A stretch of DNA of 61,960 nt, the filler included, from Bdellovibrionota bacterium (GTDB lineage Bacteria > Bdellovibrionota > Bdellovibrionia > Bdellovibrionales > JAEYZS01), in the NCBI GenBank assembly GCA_963169515.1. It is 3 parts of 3 records of this genome, joined end to end, with 100 filler letters (N's around TTAATTAATTAA, not from the genome) between each part and the next. Parts side by side here need not be neighbours in the genome. Positions count along the whole stretch, not along the records: positions 39,053 to 61,960 come from CAUJEF010000095.1; 2 more parts are not named here. One strand, written 5' to 3'. The notes beneath the pieces are model-generated. The model worked only from the letters and a program-made list of their open reading frames with translations. It made no database searches and had not been told where the DNA came from. Positions 49,576 to 60,075 of this stretch are shown here, one piece after another. A program made the translations under genes and the position numbers. The first letter of the stretch is position 1; every line of letters starts with the position of its first letter.

Positions 49576-51249
49576 TTACTGAAACAAACGTGTAATATCA
49601 TTGAACAGAGCGAATACCATAAGCCCCATTAAGAGCACAAGCCCAATCTGTTGCGCGATTTCAAGCTTTTTCATACTCAAAGGGGCTCCTCGCAATCCTT
49701 CGATTACATAAAATAGAAGGTGGCCACCGTCCAAAATGGGAATGGGAAGTAGGTTTAAGACAAAGAGGTTAATGGAGATGATCGCCATGATTTTAAGAAA
49801 TGCGCTCAAGCCAATTTGAAATGTTTTGCTTGCAAGTTGGCCAATCATAATTGGGCCACCAATGGACTTGGCAGAGACACGGTTTTGAATCAGGCGCAAG
49901 AAGCTTAAGACGGTTGCTTTTGTCCAATGAACTGTCTTTTGAAAACCAACTACGACAGCCTTAAAAGGATTTGTTGTTTTGACAAGAATTGTTTGTGGGG
50001 GAGCCATAGACATTGAAGTCATGATTCCCAAAGCATATACGTTTTTGTCTTTCCCGGCATGATCTTGTTGAGTCGTAATCTCTGGCCGAATTTCAACCTC
50101 AACTACTTTTCCGGAGCGGAAAACTTTAAGCTTAAGGGGGCCCTGCTCTGGGGAATACTTTTGTACCTTTAAAACCAGGTCTTCCCAGTAATCAATATCT
50201 GTTCCATTGATTGAAAAAACGCGGTCGTTCTCTTGAAGCCCAGATTTTTCTGCAGCCGATTTTTCCACAACCTTTGAAATATAAAGATCTGACGGTTCAA
50301 TGCCGGCGGACTGCAAGATCGCTTTCGCGGTCCGCCCGTCACGGATTAGAGGGATTGCAAGCGTTGTAACTGACTTATCATCGTCTTTTGCCACAAAGTC
50401 TACAGAAAGGGTTGCCGCCTTATTCGCTTGTTCAGATTCAATTGTACGAAGTAAATCGATCCATTTTTCAACGGGTCGTCCATTTACGCCCTTAACCAGG
50501 TAGCCTGTCTTGATCCCCGCCTTGCCTGCGGCAGAATTGGGGTCAGAAACTCCAACGGCTGTTGCTCGGAACGTAAAGTTCAAGCCAGGAACTTCTCCAA
50601 CAAGCAAATCATCACTTAAAACATTTTTATTTTCAGAGGCGATGGTCGTGGTTTCTATCTTTTTTGTCTCACCTGAGGCGGACTGAACGTCAAAAGAGAT
50701 GATGGAATTTTTGTTGGACTGTATTAGGCCGGTCAGCTCCTCCCACGTTTGAACTGCGACGCCATTGACGGACCTTATCCTATCCCCAGGGCGAAAGCCC
50801 GCCGAATAGGCGGGGGAATTTGGAGAAAGGTCTCCAACTGTTGTTCCCACAAGGTCTTCACCAACGAGCGCAATTATCATAAATAATAAAATGGCAAAAA
50901 AGAAATTCATTAATGGGCCCGCCAACACGATCCAGATTCTTTGACCGACGGGTTTATGGTTAAAAGCAAAACCCTTTTCTTCGTCAGGAATTTCAGTTCC
51001 CAGCTCATCACCAAACATTTTTACGTATCCGCCAAAGGGTATGGCGGAAATAGCATATTCAGTGTCGCCACGCCTTGTCTTAAACAATTTCTTGCCAAAA
51101 CCAAGGCTGAAGACCTCGACACGAACGCCGAAATATTTCGCAACTAAAAAATGGCCCATTTCGTGAACAAAAATAAGGAGCCCGAGTAGAATTACGAGAG
51201 GTATAATAAACTGGAGTCCTTGGTGAACATAGCCTATGATTAATTCCAT
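49576..51249 (-). CDS. rseP: RIP metalloprotease RseP with multiple PDZ domains
   Basis: HEMGH, GGYVKM, AGPLMN, NLLPIPILDGGH. Confidence 0.96.
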   Translation of the reverse strand: MELIIGYVHQGLQFIIPLVILLGLLIFVHEMGHFLVAKYFGVRVEVFSLGFGKKLFKTRRGDTEYAISAIPFGGYVKMFGDELGTEIPDEEKGFAFNHKPVGQRIWIVLAGPLMNFFFAILLFMIIALVGEDLVGTTVGDLSPNSPAYSAGFRPGDRIRSVNGVAVQTWEELTGLIQSNKNSIISFDVQSASGETKKIETTTIASENKNVLSDDLLVGEVPGLNFTFRATAVGVSDPNSAAGKAGIKTGYLVKGVNGRPVEKWIDLLRTIESEQANKAATLSVDFVAKDDDKSVTTLAIPLIRDGRTAKAILQSAGIEPSDLYISKVVEKSAAEKSGLQENDRVFSINGTDIDYWEDLVLKVQKYSPEQGPLKLKVFRSGKVVEVEIRPEITTQQDHAGKDKNVYALGIMTSMSMAPPQTILVKTTNPFKAVVVGFQKTVHWTKATVLSFLRLIQNRVSAKSIGGPIMIGQLASKTFQIGLSAFLKIMAIISINLFVLNLLPIPILDGGHLLFYVIEGLRGAPLSMKKLEIAQQIGLVLLMGLMVFALFNDITRLFQ

Positions 51250-51371
51250 AAAATGGTCTCCGGCGAATATGCCTGTTAATAAGGTTCTCTTCGTGGCCCA
51301 GCGTGTATTTTAAATCTCTCACCGCATGACCGGTAGGGATTTCGTTGTTTAATGCGTTAGGTAATTACGTA

Positions 51372-52223
51372 TTACAGTGTGTGATAGTTTATAAACTTAG
51401 CAAACCAATAAAAAAAGGGCAGGCCGAACATCAGGGCGTCGAAGCGGTCTAAAAAACCACCATGTCCAGGCAGCAGTTTTCCAGAGTCTTTTTGATCTGC
51501 GGCTCGCTTTACTAAAGACTCGAAGAGGTCCCCTGCTTGTGCAGATATTGCGCCAAAGATACAACAAATTAAAAAGCTAATGATGACCATGGTGTTTTTT
51601 GGCAATAGCGGCGGAGTCAAATTAAAAGACAGTATTAAAAGTGCAACGCCAAGGCAAAGAGCCCCGAATAATCCACCCCAGGCCCCAGCCCAACTTTTGT
51701 TTGGGGAAATTGCGGGATATAGCTTTTTATCTCCCCACTTGCGGCCAATAAAATATGCAAATACATCGCTGGCAAAAATAACAACCAAAGCACAAAATAA
51801 AATCCAAGGGCCGTGCTCTAAATCTAAAATTAAAATCGTGAGGCTTGGGAGCAGGCTTACATAAAACAGGCCAAGAAAAAACAATCCCTGCTTTTTCAAC
51901 TGGTCCGCGGGAGCGAGATGTTTCAATCGAACCATAAACAAAATAGAAGCTAAAATCCCCGAAAGCGTAAGGGCTTCCCAAAAAATCATATGTCCAGATA
52001 GAAAGCAGACAACGTAGGTTACCAAAAAATAAATAGAACAAATAAAAAACCGGGTTCCAAAGGCAAAGTCCTTGAATGTGAGCAGCACATACTCTGTTTG
52101 CATGATCAGGACTGCGAGCAAGGCAACAGTCTTAAAGCCATCAACCCCCCAGAGGCGCCAAATGGCCACGACGAGAACGAGCAGTAAAAATGCGGTAATG
52201 GTACGCAAAAGCGTAGGGTTCAT
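51372..52223 (-). CDS. cdsA: Phosphatidate cytidylyltransferase
   Basis: SDVFAYF, ISPNKSWAG, GDLFESLVKR...KDSG.LLPGHGGFLDRFD. Confidence 0.96.
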   Translation of the reverse strand: MNPTLLRTITAFLLLVLVVAIWRLWGVDGFKTVALLAVLIMQTEYVLLTFKDFAFGTRFFICSIYFLVTYVVCFLSGHMIFWEALTLSGILASILFMVRLKHLAPADQLKKQGLFFLGLFYVSLLPSLTILILDLEHGPWILFCALVVIFASDVFAYFIGRKWGDKKLYPAISPNKSWAGAWGGLFGALCLGVALLILSFNLTPPLLPKNTMVIISFLICCIFGAISAQAGDLFESLVKRAADQKDSGKLLPGHGGFLDRFDALMFGLPFFYWFAKFINYHTL

Positions 52224-52245
52224 AATGTCCTGGTTAATAATTTTC

Positions 52246-52977
52246 TTAAGTTAAATTAGAACTTTGAATTTGCTCATCGGTCAATCCAAATCGTCGCTTA
52301 CGAAGATTGAAGTCTACAAGCGCGGCGTGCAAGTCCTGCTTCGCAAAATCGGGCCACAAAACAGAGGTGACATAAAACTCGCTGTACGCAGTTTGCCACA
52401 TCATAAAGTTAGAAAGACGTCGTTCTCCGCTTGTCCGTATGACAAGGTCCGGGTCTGGGATGGAATGTGTATCTAAAAGTGAATTTACGTAAGCCTCACT
52501 AACCATGTCAGGAGTCAGTCGGCCAGCCTGTGCCAATGCGCACGCATTCCTCATTGCTTGAGTGATCTCTTGCCGTCCGCCATAGCTCAGCGCCAGGTTT
52601 AGGTTCATTCCGGTATTCGCTTTTGTAAGTCCTTTGAGTTCTCCGATTTCTTTAGCAATTATAGGAGGAAGGTGGGCGAGGTTTCCAAGCGTTTCAAAGC
52701 GGATGTTTTGACGAATAAGGTTTTCTTTTTCCCTTCGAACGTATTTGTGAAGTATGCGCATAAGAAAATTGGTTTCGGCTTCGGGTCGCTGCCAATTCTC
52801 TACACTAAACGCATACAGAGTCAGATGTTTTAACCCCAATCTGCTGCACTCTTCAATAATGTCTTTGGCCCGCCGACTTCCCTTTATGTGTCCATAGGTT
52901 CTGTTTTTTCCACGGACGGTTGCCCAGCGACCATTGCCATCCATAATTATGGCAATATGATTTGGGACTTGCACCAC
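52246..52977 (-). CDS. uppS: Undecaprenyl diphosphate synthase
   Basis: HIAIIMDGNGRWA, YAFSVENW, YGGR, IRTSGERRLSNF. Confidence 0.97.
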   Translation of the reverse strand: MVQVPNHIAIIMDGNGRWATVRGKNRTYGHIKGSRRAKDIIEECSRLGLKHLTLYAFSVENWQRPEAETNFLMRILHKYVRREKENLIRQNIRFETLGNLAHLPPIIAKEIGELKGLTKANTGMNLNLALSYGGRQEITQAMRNACALAQAGRLTPDMVSEAYVNSLLDTHSIPDPDLVIRTSGERRLSNFMMWQTAYSEFYVTSVLWPDFAKQDLHAALVDFNLRKRRFGLTDEQIQSSNLT

Positions 52978-52984
52978 GGCTCCT

Positions 52985-53542
52985 CTAAATTGTCATCAAT
53001 TCTTTTTCTTTGTCTTGCGCAATTTTATCAACGCTCTGAACATAGGCGTCGGTTAGTTTTTGAATATCTGTCTGCCCTTTTTTACTATCGTCTTCACCGA
53101 TCTTTTTCTCTTTTTCGACTTTTTTTACGTCCTCGTTCGCGTCTCTGCGAATCATTCTAATCGCGATTCGCGCATCTTCAACGAGCTTTCCAATATGTTT
53201 TACAAGCTCTTTCCGCCTTTGCTCGGTCAGTTCAGGGACTTTCAGTCGAATCACTTTTCCATCATTGATCGGTGACATTCCAAGGTCGCTTTTTACAATA
53301 GCAGATTCAATTTCCTTAAGGGTGGAAACTTCCCACGGCGCAATCAAAAAGGATTTGGGGTCTGGGCAGCTTACCGCGGCAACTTGATTAAGCGGGGTCA
53401 TTGATCCGTAATAATTTACTTTTACAGTGTCTAACATTGAGGTCTGTGCCTTTCCGGTTCGAACTTTCCCAAGGTCGGCTTTCAAAGAATCGATTGTTTT
53501 TTTCATTTTTGTTTCGGCGGCTGATTTGATTTGATTAACCAT
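52985..53542 (-). CDS. frr: Ribosome recycling factor
   Basis: RTGKA, YYGSMTPLNQVA, PELTEQRRKEL, IRMIRRDA. ATG at 53542. Confidence 0.97.
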   Translation of the reverse strand: MVNQIKSAAETKMKKTIDSLKADLGKVRTGKAQTSMLDTVKVNYYGSMTPLNQVAAVSCPDPKSFLIAPWEVSTLKEIESAIVKSDLGMSPINDGKVIRLKVPELTEQRRKELVKHIGKLVEDARIAIRMIRRDANEDVKKVEKEKKIGEDDSKKGQTDIQKLTDAYVQSVDKIAQDKEKELMTI

Positions 53543-53543
53543 A

Positions 53544-54266
<723 letters not shown>

Positions 54267-54920
54267 TTATTTTACCTTTGAAGCGGCAGCCACTTCATCT
54301 GCAAAATTTTCCTGTTTTTTTTGAATTCCTTCACCCAGCTCATAGCGCGTGAAGCGTCTAATGACAATATTTTCACCAATGTGAGCAATCAGATCTGTCA
54401 AAAGTTGTTGTACTGTGACGTCGGGGTTTTTAACAAACTTTTGGTCTAATAAACAGGTCTCTTGAAGCCATTTTTTAATTTGACCATCTACGATTTTCTC
54501 TATGAAATCGGCTTTTTTCCCCTCTTCTTTTGCTTTGGCGACAAGAACCGCTTTTTCTCTTTCGATGGTTGCAGGATCAAGATCCGTTGCGCTCACCGCA
54601 AGCGGGCTCATTGCCGCAACATGAAGCGCAAGGTCTCTTACAAAGGCAATAAATTTATCGTTTCGAGCAACAAAATCAGTTTCCGAGTTCACCTCAAGCA
54701 AAACGCCAATTCGACCTTCTCCGTGAATATATGCGTGGACCATGCCTTCGCTAGCAACTCGCCCTGCTTTTTTTGCAGCCTTGCTCAGTCCCTTTTGTCT
54801 TAGCCAATCGACGGCCTTTTCAAAGTCACCATCGTTTTCCTCCAGAGCTTTCTTGCAGTCCATCATTCCTGCGCCGGTTCTCTCTCTTAAGTCTTTCACA
54901 CTGGTTGCACTAATCGTCAT
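54267..54920 (-). CDS. tsf: Elongation factor Ts (short form)
   Basis: VKDLRERTGAGMMDCKKAL, EVNSETDFVARN, IRRFTRYELGEG. Confidence 0.98.
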   Translation of the reverse strand: MTISATSVKDLRERTGAGMMDCKKALEENDGDFEKAVDWLRQKGLSKAAKKAGRVASEGMVHAYIHGEGRIGVLLEVNSETDFVARNDKFIAFVRDLALHVAAMSPLAVSATDLDPATIEREKAVLVAKAKEEGKKADFIEKIVDGQIKKWLQETCLLDQKFVKNPDVTVQQLLTDLIAHIGENIVIRRFTRYELGEGIQKKQENFADEVAAASKVK

Positions 54921-54983
54921 TGTTCTGTCCTTTCGACTTTGCCGCAGTAAAGGGCCAGGCCCTCAGTTTCAAAAATACAAGAA

Positions 54984-55898
54984 TTATTCTTTGTCTTCTT
55001 CCGTTGATTCAGTGCCTTCAGCAGCGTCGGGCTCAGCCGCGCCTTCCAATTCGGCTTGAATTTCAACGTCATCAGCCGTTCCGACCGCAACCAACTTCCT
55101 TTTTGTCATACGAACGACAGAGGGGCCGCCTTCGGTACGAGTCTCTTCGTGCGCCGTCGTCGGAGCTTCTTTTTCAGGAGCGCGCTTATCGGTTTCAGTT
55201 CTGAGCTTATGCTCCCAGTCTTTCGCGCCTTCTAAAAAACATTCGGCGGCATAGTTTGCGAACAGTTTAATTGATCGGATGGCGTCGTCGTTTCCCGGGA
55301 TTGGAAAATCAATTTCATCAGGATCAGAGTTTGTGTCGGCGATTCCGACAACCGTGATTCCCATGCGGCGGGCTTCGGCAACGGCAATGTGTTCCTTTTT
55401 AAGATCCACAACAAACATAACCCGAGGAAGCTCTTTCATGTCGCGAATACCATCGAGATATTCGTGCAGACGAACGAATTCTTTTTCCAACTGGGCTTGC
55501 TCTTTTTTTCCATAATAATTGAAGTCGCCCTTTTCCTTCATGATGTCGAGTTTTCTGAGGCGATCAATGCTCGCTTTAATTGTAACAAAGTTTGTAAGTG
55601 TTCCGCCCAACCAGCGTTTTGTAACATAAAACTGCCCACACTTTTGGGCGGCTTCTTGGATTGGTTCATTGGCTTGCTTTTTAGTTCCAACGAAAATCAT
55701 CCGGCCACCGCCAGCGGCTATGGATCTAATGAATTCGCCAGCTTTCTGAGCAAGACCCAGGGTTTTTTGAAGATCTATGATGTGAATTCCGCCGCGCTCG
55801 CCGTAAACATAGTTTTTCATTTTGGGGTTCCAGCGGTGCGTTTGATGGCCGAAATGGACTCCGCAATTGAGCATGTCTTTGATATTGATTTGTTGCAT
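54984..55898 (-). CDS. rpsB: 30S ribosomal protein S2
   Basis: GVHFGHQT..WNPKM, FVGTKKQA, RWLGGTLTN, IPGNDDAIRS, acidic C-tail. Confidence 0.99.
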   Translation of the reverse strand: MQQINIKDMLNCGVHFGHQTHRWNPKMKNYVYGERGGIHIIDLQKTLGLAQKAGEFIRSIAAGGGRMIFVGTKKQANEPIQEAAQKCGQFYVTKRWLGGTLTNFVTIKASIDRLRKLDIMKEKGDFNYYGKKEQAQLEKEFVRLHEYLDGIRDMKELPRVMFVVDLKKEHIAVAEARRMGITVVGIADTNSDPDEIDFPIPGNDDAIRSIKLFANYAAECFLEGAKDWEHKLRTETDKRAPEKEAPTTAHEETRTEGGPSVVRMTKRKLVAVGTADDVEIQAELEGAAEPDAAEGTESTEEDKE

Positions 55899-55968
55899 AT
55901 AAGCTCCTTGGTTAAGCTACCCCTTTGAAATTGAAGACACCAAGGTTTCAAAGGGTGTTAAATTTCGC
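55899..55968 (-). promoter_or_regulatory. Candidate rpsB 5' leader structure (S2 autoregulation, t44-like position)
   Basis: 10-bp stem CCCTTTGAAA/TTTCAAAGGG just upstream of the AAGGAG RBS. Confidence 0.5.
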
Positions 55969-56030
55969 AGAACACAATTGTTTCTAACGATCTAATGCTT
56001 GTAGCAAATCCCGTATCGCGTGTAAAGGAT

Positions 56031-57101
56031 TTAAAGGGAAACGAGATTTTCTGGCCCAGAGGCCAAGCCATTGATTTTAGGCGTGTTTTCTATATATCCA
56101 TGTAACTGAAAATCCATTAACAGCTCTTGTGCGGCAGAGATCGATGCAACAACAGGGTTCCACAGTTCCGTCGCCATGCCTGTGCAAACCCAAAAATTTT
56201 GAATAGATTGAAAAGGATTCTCCTGGTTCATTTTGAATTGAATGTGCCCGTGACTTTGTGACAAAACCGAGAGCTTTTCAAATGTAACTTTTGAAATCAA
56301 ATCTGGGAAAGCTTTTGTTATAGATTTTTTTACTTCTTTAAAAAGTTGACCTGCGGCTTCTGCATCAGCCTCTGTTTCAGTTGATGAAAAAGCTAGCCAA
56401 TGCGATCCGCTTTCTGTAAATCGGCCGACAAACCAGTCAGTTTTAATTCCTTTGAGTAAATACCAGCCGGTTGAAGTGTTTAGCTTTGGATGATTCAGTT
56501 CGAGAGACAAAGTTGTCCAGGGGGGTGTTCTGTTCATTTTTTGAATAAATTTGGTACCGAGAAAATCTTTATTCCATCTCTTCATTTTAAGAGGATGAAG
56601 GGTCGAAACGAAGTGTGCCGCAGAAATATTTGTTTTTCCGTTCACAACAATTTCAGTAACGCGATTTTCTGTAATTTCAAGGCGGGTTACAGTCGAATTT
56701 GTCAAAACCGATACATTGTGTTTTGTAATCAATTTTTGTAAGGACTCGCTCAAGGATGGCTGCAAAAATAATTGTTCGGTTGCGCCGTAAGCATTAAGCC
56801 AATCATGATAGGGCGGAGCGTCCTCTCCAAATCCGACAAAGGGTTGAAAGCTTTTATCAAAGGTGAGCGGTTCAATGAATGTCTTTTCATAGGAAAAGTC
56901 GAGGCCGAGTTCTGTTTCTAGGAAGCGAAGGGTAGAGACCGTTTTTTCGTCATGCTTAAAAACCTCTAGTGTGTTTTTTAAGTTTCCAATTTTAGGGGTA
57001 GGGTCAACCAAGCAAACGGCTTTATTCAGCCGAGACAAATAGGCGCTTAATACAATGCCTTCAATACCAGCACCTACGATGACAAAATCATATTGTTTCA
57101 T
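56031..57101 (-). CDS. FAD/NAD(P)-binding oxidoreductase-like protein (phytoene dehydrogenase/GDI superfamily, degenerate)
   Basis: N-terminal Rossmann YDFVIVGAGIEG, central VLTNSTVTRL...V..I segment. Confidence 0.6.
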   Translation of the reverse strand: MKQYDFVIVGAGIEGIVLSAYLSRLNKAVCLVDPTPKIGNLKNTLEVFKHDEKTVSTLRFLETELGLDFSYEKTFIEPLTFDKSFQPFVGFGEDAPPYHDWLNAYGATEQLFLQPSLSESLQKLITKHNVSVLTNSTVTRLEITENRVTEIVVNGKTNISAAHFVSTLHPLKMKRWNKDFLGTKFIQKMNRTPPWTTLSLELNHPKLNTSTGWYLLKGIKTDWFVGRFTESGSHWLAFSSTETEADAEAAGQLFKEVKKSITKAFPDLISKVTFEKLSVLSQSHGHIQFKMNQENPFQSIQNFWVCTGMATELWNPVVASISAAQELLMDFQLHGYIENTPKINGLASGPENLVSL

Positions 57102-57132
57102 TAGAGCTGCCTCCGGCGATCAGGATGCGAAA

Positions 57133-58023
57133 CTATGACAGACTTTTCAAGTTGAAAATGGAGCGAAGTACAACGGCAACAACGCGTAGAATAAAGCGAG
57201 CCATTTTTTTTGCAAGAGAGGATCGATCAAGTATTTTGGCAAGCGGCGGAGACAAAAAATAATACCACTGGACCAAAAGTTGCCCAAGTTGCCATCGGGC
57301 TAGGATTTCGTCGCGAAAAACATAGAAAGTTTGCACTTCCGGAGCGCTGGAAGACCCAAACGCCGCAGTGGCGATAAAACAGCGCCCGTCTTTGTTTTTG
57401 TCGAGAGCCTTCAGAACTTCGTCGACAGCGCCTTTGTTATTTGCGCTGGCCTTGTAATTCCTGAGCTTTCTTAATATCAACGGACGCGTAGACGGTAAGT
57501 TGGCGAACAATTTTAATTGTTCTTTTGCCAGATTGTATTTTTCTTTTGTGGCAGGGTTTGAGCTGTGGTCGTAAATTTTAAAAAGATCAAAATACGCATA
57601 GCAAACGACAATTAATTCTTTTTTATACTTTACATCAACAAATAGGCTTGGGACCAAATTCTGTGGCTCGATGTCAAACCCGGTGGCCAGGCCATACAAA
57701 TATTTTTCATAAAACATGGCGGCATTAGGATAATTTTTGATCGCCATATTTTCGCGTCCTTTTTGGGCGAGCTCAAGTCTTTGACGCCAGATGATTTTTT
57801 TATTTTCATCTTTTGCAATTTTTTGCGCACGAAGTTTGGCGCCATTGGAAATTTTTGAGGTGAAGTCCTGGTAACAATTCGAACATACGGCAGAAGGGAT
57901 TGCGCCGTCGTATTCGATGTGCTCAAGGGCAAGCTTCATGCCTGTGTCGATTTTTAATAAATCGAGAGCATTTCGCTTGCACGAAGGACATTCTTTTACT
58001 GCTGACGCGGGCGAGGCGGCCAT
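57133..58023 (-). CDS. CFI-box-CTERM domain protein with N-terminal Cys pairs and TPR-like helices
   Basis: GRCFIATAAFGS...FRDEIL...GQLLVQWYYFLSPPLA. CPSC...CSNC at the N-terminus. Confidence 0.85.
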   Translation of the reverse strand: MAASPASAVKECPSCKRNALDLLKIDTGMKLALEHIEYDGAIPSAVCSNCYQDFTSKISNGAKLRAQKIAKDENKKIIWRQRLELAQKGRENMAIKNYPNAAMFYEKYLYGLATGFDIEPQNLVPSLFVDVKYKKELIVVCYAYFDLFKIYDHSSNPATKEKYNLAKEQLKLFANLPSTRPLILRKLRNYKASANNKGAVDEVLKALDKNKDGRCFIATAAFGSSSAPEVQTFYVFRDEILARWQLGQLLVQWYYFLSPPLAKILDRSSLAKKMARFILRVVAVVLRSIFNLKSLS

Positions 58024-58030
58024 AGACCAC

Positions 58031-58058
58031 TTATCGGCAAACCATGATGTGCAATTGA
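58031..58058 (-). promoter_or_regulatory. Sigma28-like promoter, probably leaderless transcript
   Basis: TCAA-N16-GCCGATAA (perfect -10), ending 7 nt before the ATG. Confidence 0.7.
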
Positions 58059-58071
58059 CTAGACGAATGTC

Positions 58072-60075
58072 CTACAGCGTGTTTATTGGGTCTACGTCGA
58101 AGAGAACTTTTACGCCCGAAAAGGAGTAAGATTTTTTTTCAAGCTCTTTTATAAAGGCGCGAAGATGCGTTGGAGATTTGGATTTTAGCAGCATATGGTA
58201 ACGGTATTTGTTGTTGAGCCTTGGCAAAGCGGCGGCGGCGGGGCCCAAAACATGAACATTGCCAAATTGAGGATACTTTTTCACAAGGCCAGCGCTGAAG
58301 GAGCCCAGTTTTTTTGCGGCTCTCTTTACGCTGTCCAATTTTAACCCATGAATACGGATGCAAGCCATACGGCTGAAGGGCGGGTATGAAAGCTCTTTCC
58401 GCTGCTGCAGTTCGAATTCGGCAAAGCCAATAAAATCGTGAATCTGTGCGTGTGCCAAGCTGGGATGATCGGGATTATAGGTCTGAATAATGACTTCGCC
58501 GCGTTCAATGTGCCGGCCTGGGCGACCGCTGACCTGCGTAAGAAGTTGGAAGTTTCTTTCCCCCGCTCGGAAGTCAGGGATGTTAAATCCGATATCGGCC
58601 AAGACAACTCCCAACAAAGTCAGTTTTTGAAAATCGAGACCTTTTGCGATCATCTGAGTACCAATTATAATGTCTACTTTATGATTTTCGATCTTTTCAA
58701 TCGCCTCGGTTAGGGCTTCGCGTCCTTGAATTTCGTCTCGATCTAGACGGACTATTCTCGCGTCAGGAAAAAGCTTTGCCAAATCATTTTCGATTCGCTC
58801 AGTCCCGGCGCCTAAGCTGGAATATTCGCCAGCGTGACAATGATCACAATGTTCATTTAGGCTTTCATAATATTCACAGTAATGACAATTCAAATGAATT
58901 TTACCGTGCAGTGTGAGAGAAATGTCGCAATTTGGACACATTTTTACAATCCCACACTGGCGGCATAAAACTGTATTTGCGACACCACGACGATTTATAA
59001 AAAACGCGACTTGTTGTTTTTTTTCGAGCCGCTCTTTTGTTTTTGTGTATAGGGCGGGGCTGAGCCAAGGCGGCAAAACAAATTTTTCCACAAGCTCCCT
59101 GTCAAGGGTGCGTAAATCAACAATTTCGACGGAGGGAAGCGCCAGCCCCTTATATCGTTGGGTCAATTTATGAAGATAATATTTTTTTTCAAGAGCATTT
59201 TTCCATGATTCTAGGCTTGGGGTCGCAGACCCGAGGCAAATTGGAATATCAAGCGTTTGCGCCAGAACAATGGCGGCGTCTCGTCCATGGTATTTTAGTT
59301 TCGCATCTTGTTTGAAGCTGGGTTCGTGTTCCTCGTCTACAATTATCAAGCCCAACTTTTTAAATGGACAAAAAAGAGCAGAGCGTGCCCCGATCAAAAT
59401 TTTCTTTTTTCCTTCGACAATGGACCACCATTGGTTTGTTTTTTCCCGATCAGTCAGGTGGGAGTGCATAACGGCAATTTGTCCTCCAAATCGCTCGCTA
59501 AATCGCCGAATCATTTGTGGAGTTAAGGAAATTTCAGGTACGAGAACGAGGGCTTGCTCGTCTTGCCTTAGCTTTCTTTCGAGAAGTTCAAGGTAAACCT
59601 CTGTTTTTCCGGAACCTGTAACTCCCCAGAGCAAATGGGTATGGAAGCCTTCGAACGAGAGGATAGCATCGACAACAGACTTTTGCTCATCGTTGAGACT
59701 AACGCTTTTCCGCGACAAGACATCCGGAACAACGGGAGATTTTCGCGCCGAGCCCTCTTTTTTATCTAGGGCAGGCAAAAACAACCGAGCAATTTGTCCG
59801 ATGGGGTACTGATAGTAGTTCGAAAGCCATTCCATCCATTTTATGAGCTTTATTGGTATTTGTGGAAATTCGGAATGGATTTTTTCGATTTCTTTTATTT
59901 TAAACCCTGCATTTTCAAGTGCATTAGATTTATTAATAACCACGCCGCGAGCGGTACGCTTGCCGAGCGGTACGGTAACGATTGACCCAACAACGGGGGC
60001 GAGCTCTTTTGATTTGTACGTCAGGGGCTTGTCTAGGGGCGCATCCACTGCGATATCATAAAATTGTTCACTCAC
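58072..60075 (-). CDS. priA: Primosomal protein N' helicase
   Basis: GVTGSGKTEVY, VPEISLTPQ, DEEH, GSATPSLES, Cys-rich region, GTQMIAKG, DVDP. Confidence 0.97.
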   Translation of the reverse strand: MSEQFYDIAVDAPLDKPLTYKSKELAPVVGSIVTVPLGKRTARGVVINKSNALENAGFKIKEIEKIHSEFPQIPIKLIKWMEWLSNYYQYPIGQIARLFLPALDKKEGSARKSPVVPDVLSRKSVSLNDEQKSVVDAILSFEGFHTHLLWGVTGSGKTEVYLELLERKLRQDEQALVLVPEISLTPQMIRRFSERFGGQIAVMHSHLTDREKTNQWWSIVEGKKKILIGARSALFCPFKKLGLIIVDEEHEPSFKQDAKLKYHGRDAAIVLAQTLDIPICLGSATPSLESWKNALEKKYYLHKLTQRYKGLALPSVEIVDLRTLDRELVEKFVLPPWLSPALYTKTKERLEKKQQVAFFINRRGVANTVLCRQCGIVKMCPNCDISLTLHGKIHLNCHYCEYYESLNEHCDHCHAGEYSSLGAGTERIENDLAKLFPDARIVRLDRDEIQGREALTEAIEKIENHKVDIIIGTQMIAKGLDFQKLTLLGVVLADIGFNIPDFRAGERNFQLLTQVSGRPGRHIERGEVIIQTYNPDHPSLAHAQIHDFIGFAEFELQQRKELSYPPFSRMACIRIHGLKLDSVKRAAKKLGSFSAGLVKKYPQFGNVHVLGPAAAALPRLNNKYRYHMLLKSKSPTHLRAFIKELEKKSYSFSGVKVLFDVDPINTL

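Noticed and set aside
55389..55928. Long antisense ORFs (e.g. 55389-55928, 11038-11517, 11968-12372, 18429-18857, 28053-28481, 1-252)
   Set aside because: They are shadows of well-supported genes on the opposite strand, with no RBS or motifs.
56031..57101. Resemblance of the N-terminus to eukaryotic Rab GDI
   Set aside because: Explained by the shared Rossmann/FAD-binding motif. No GDI-specific features are recognisable.
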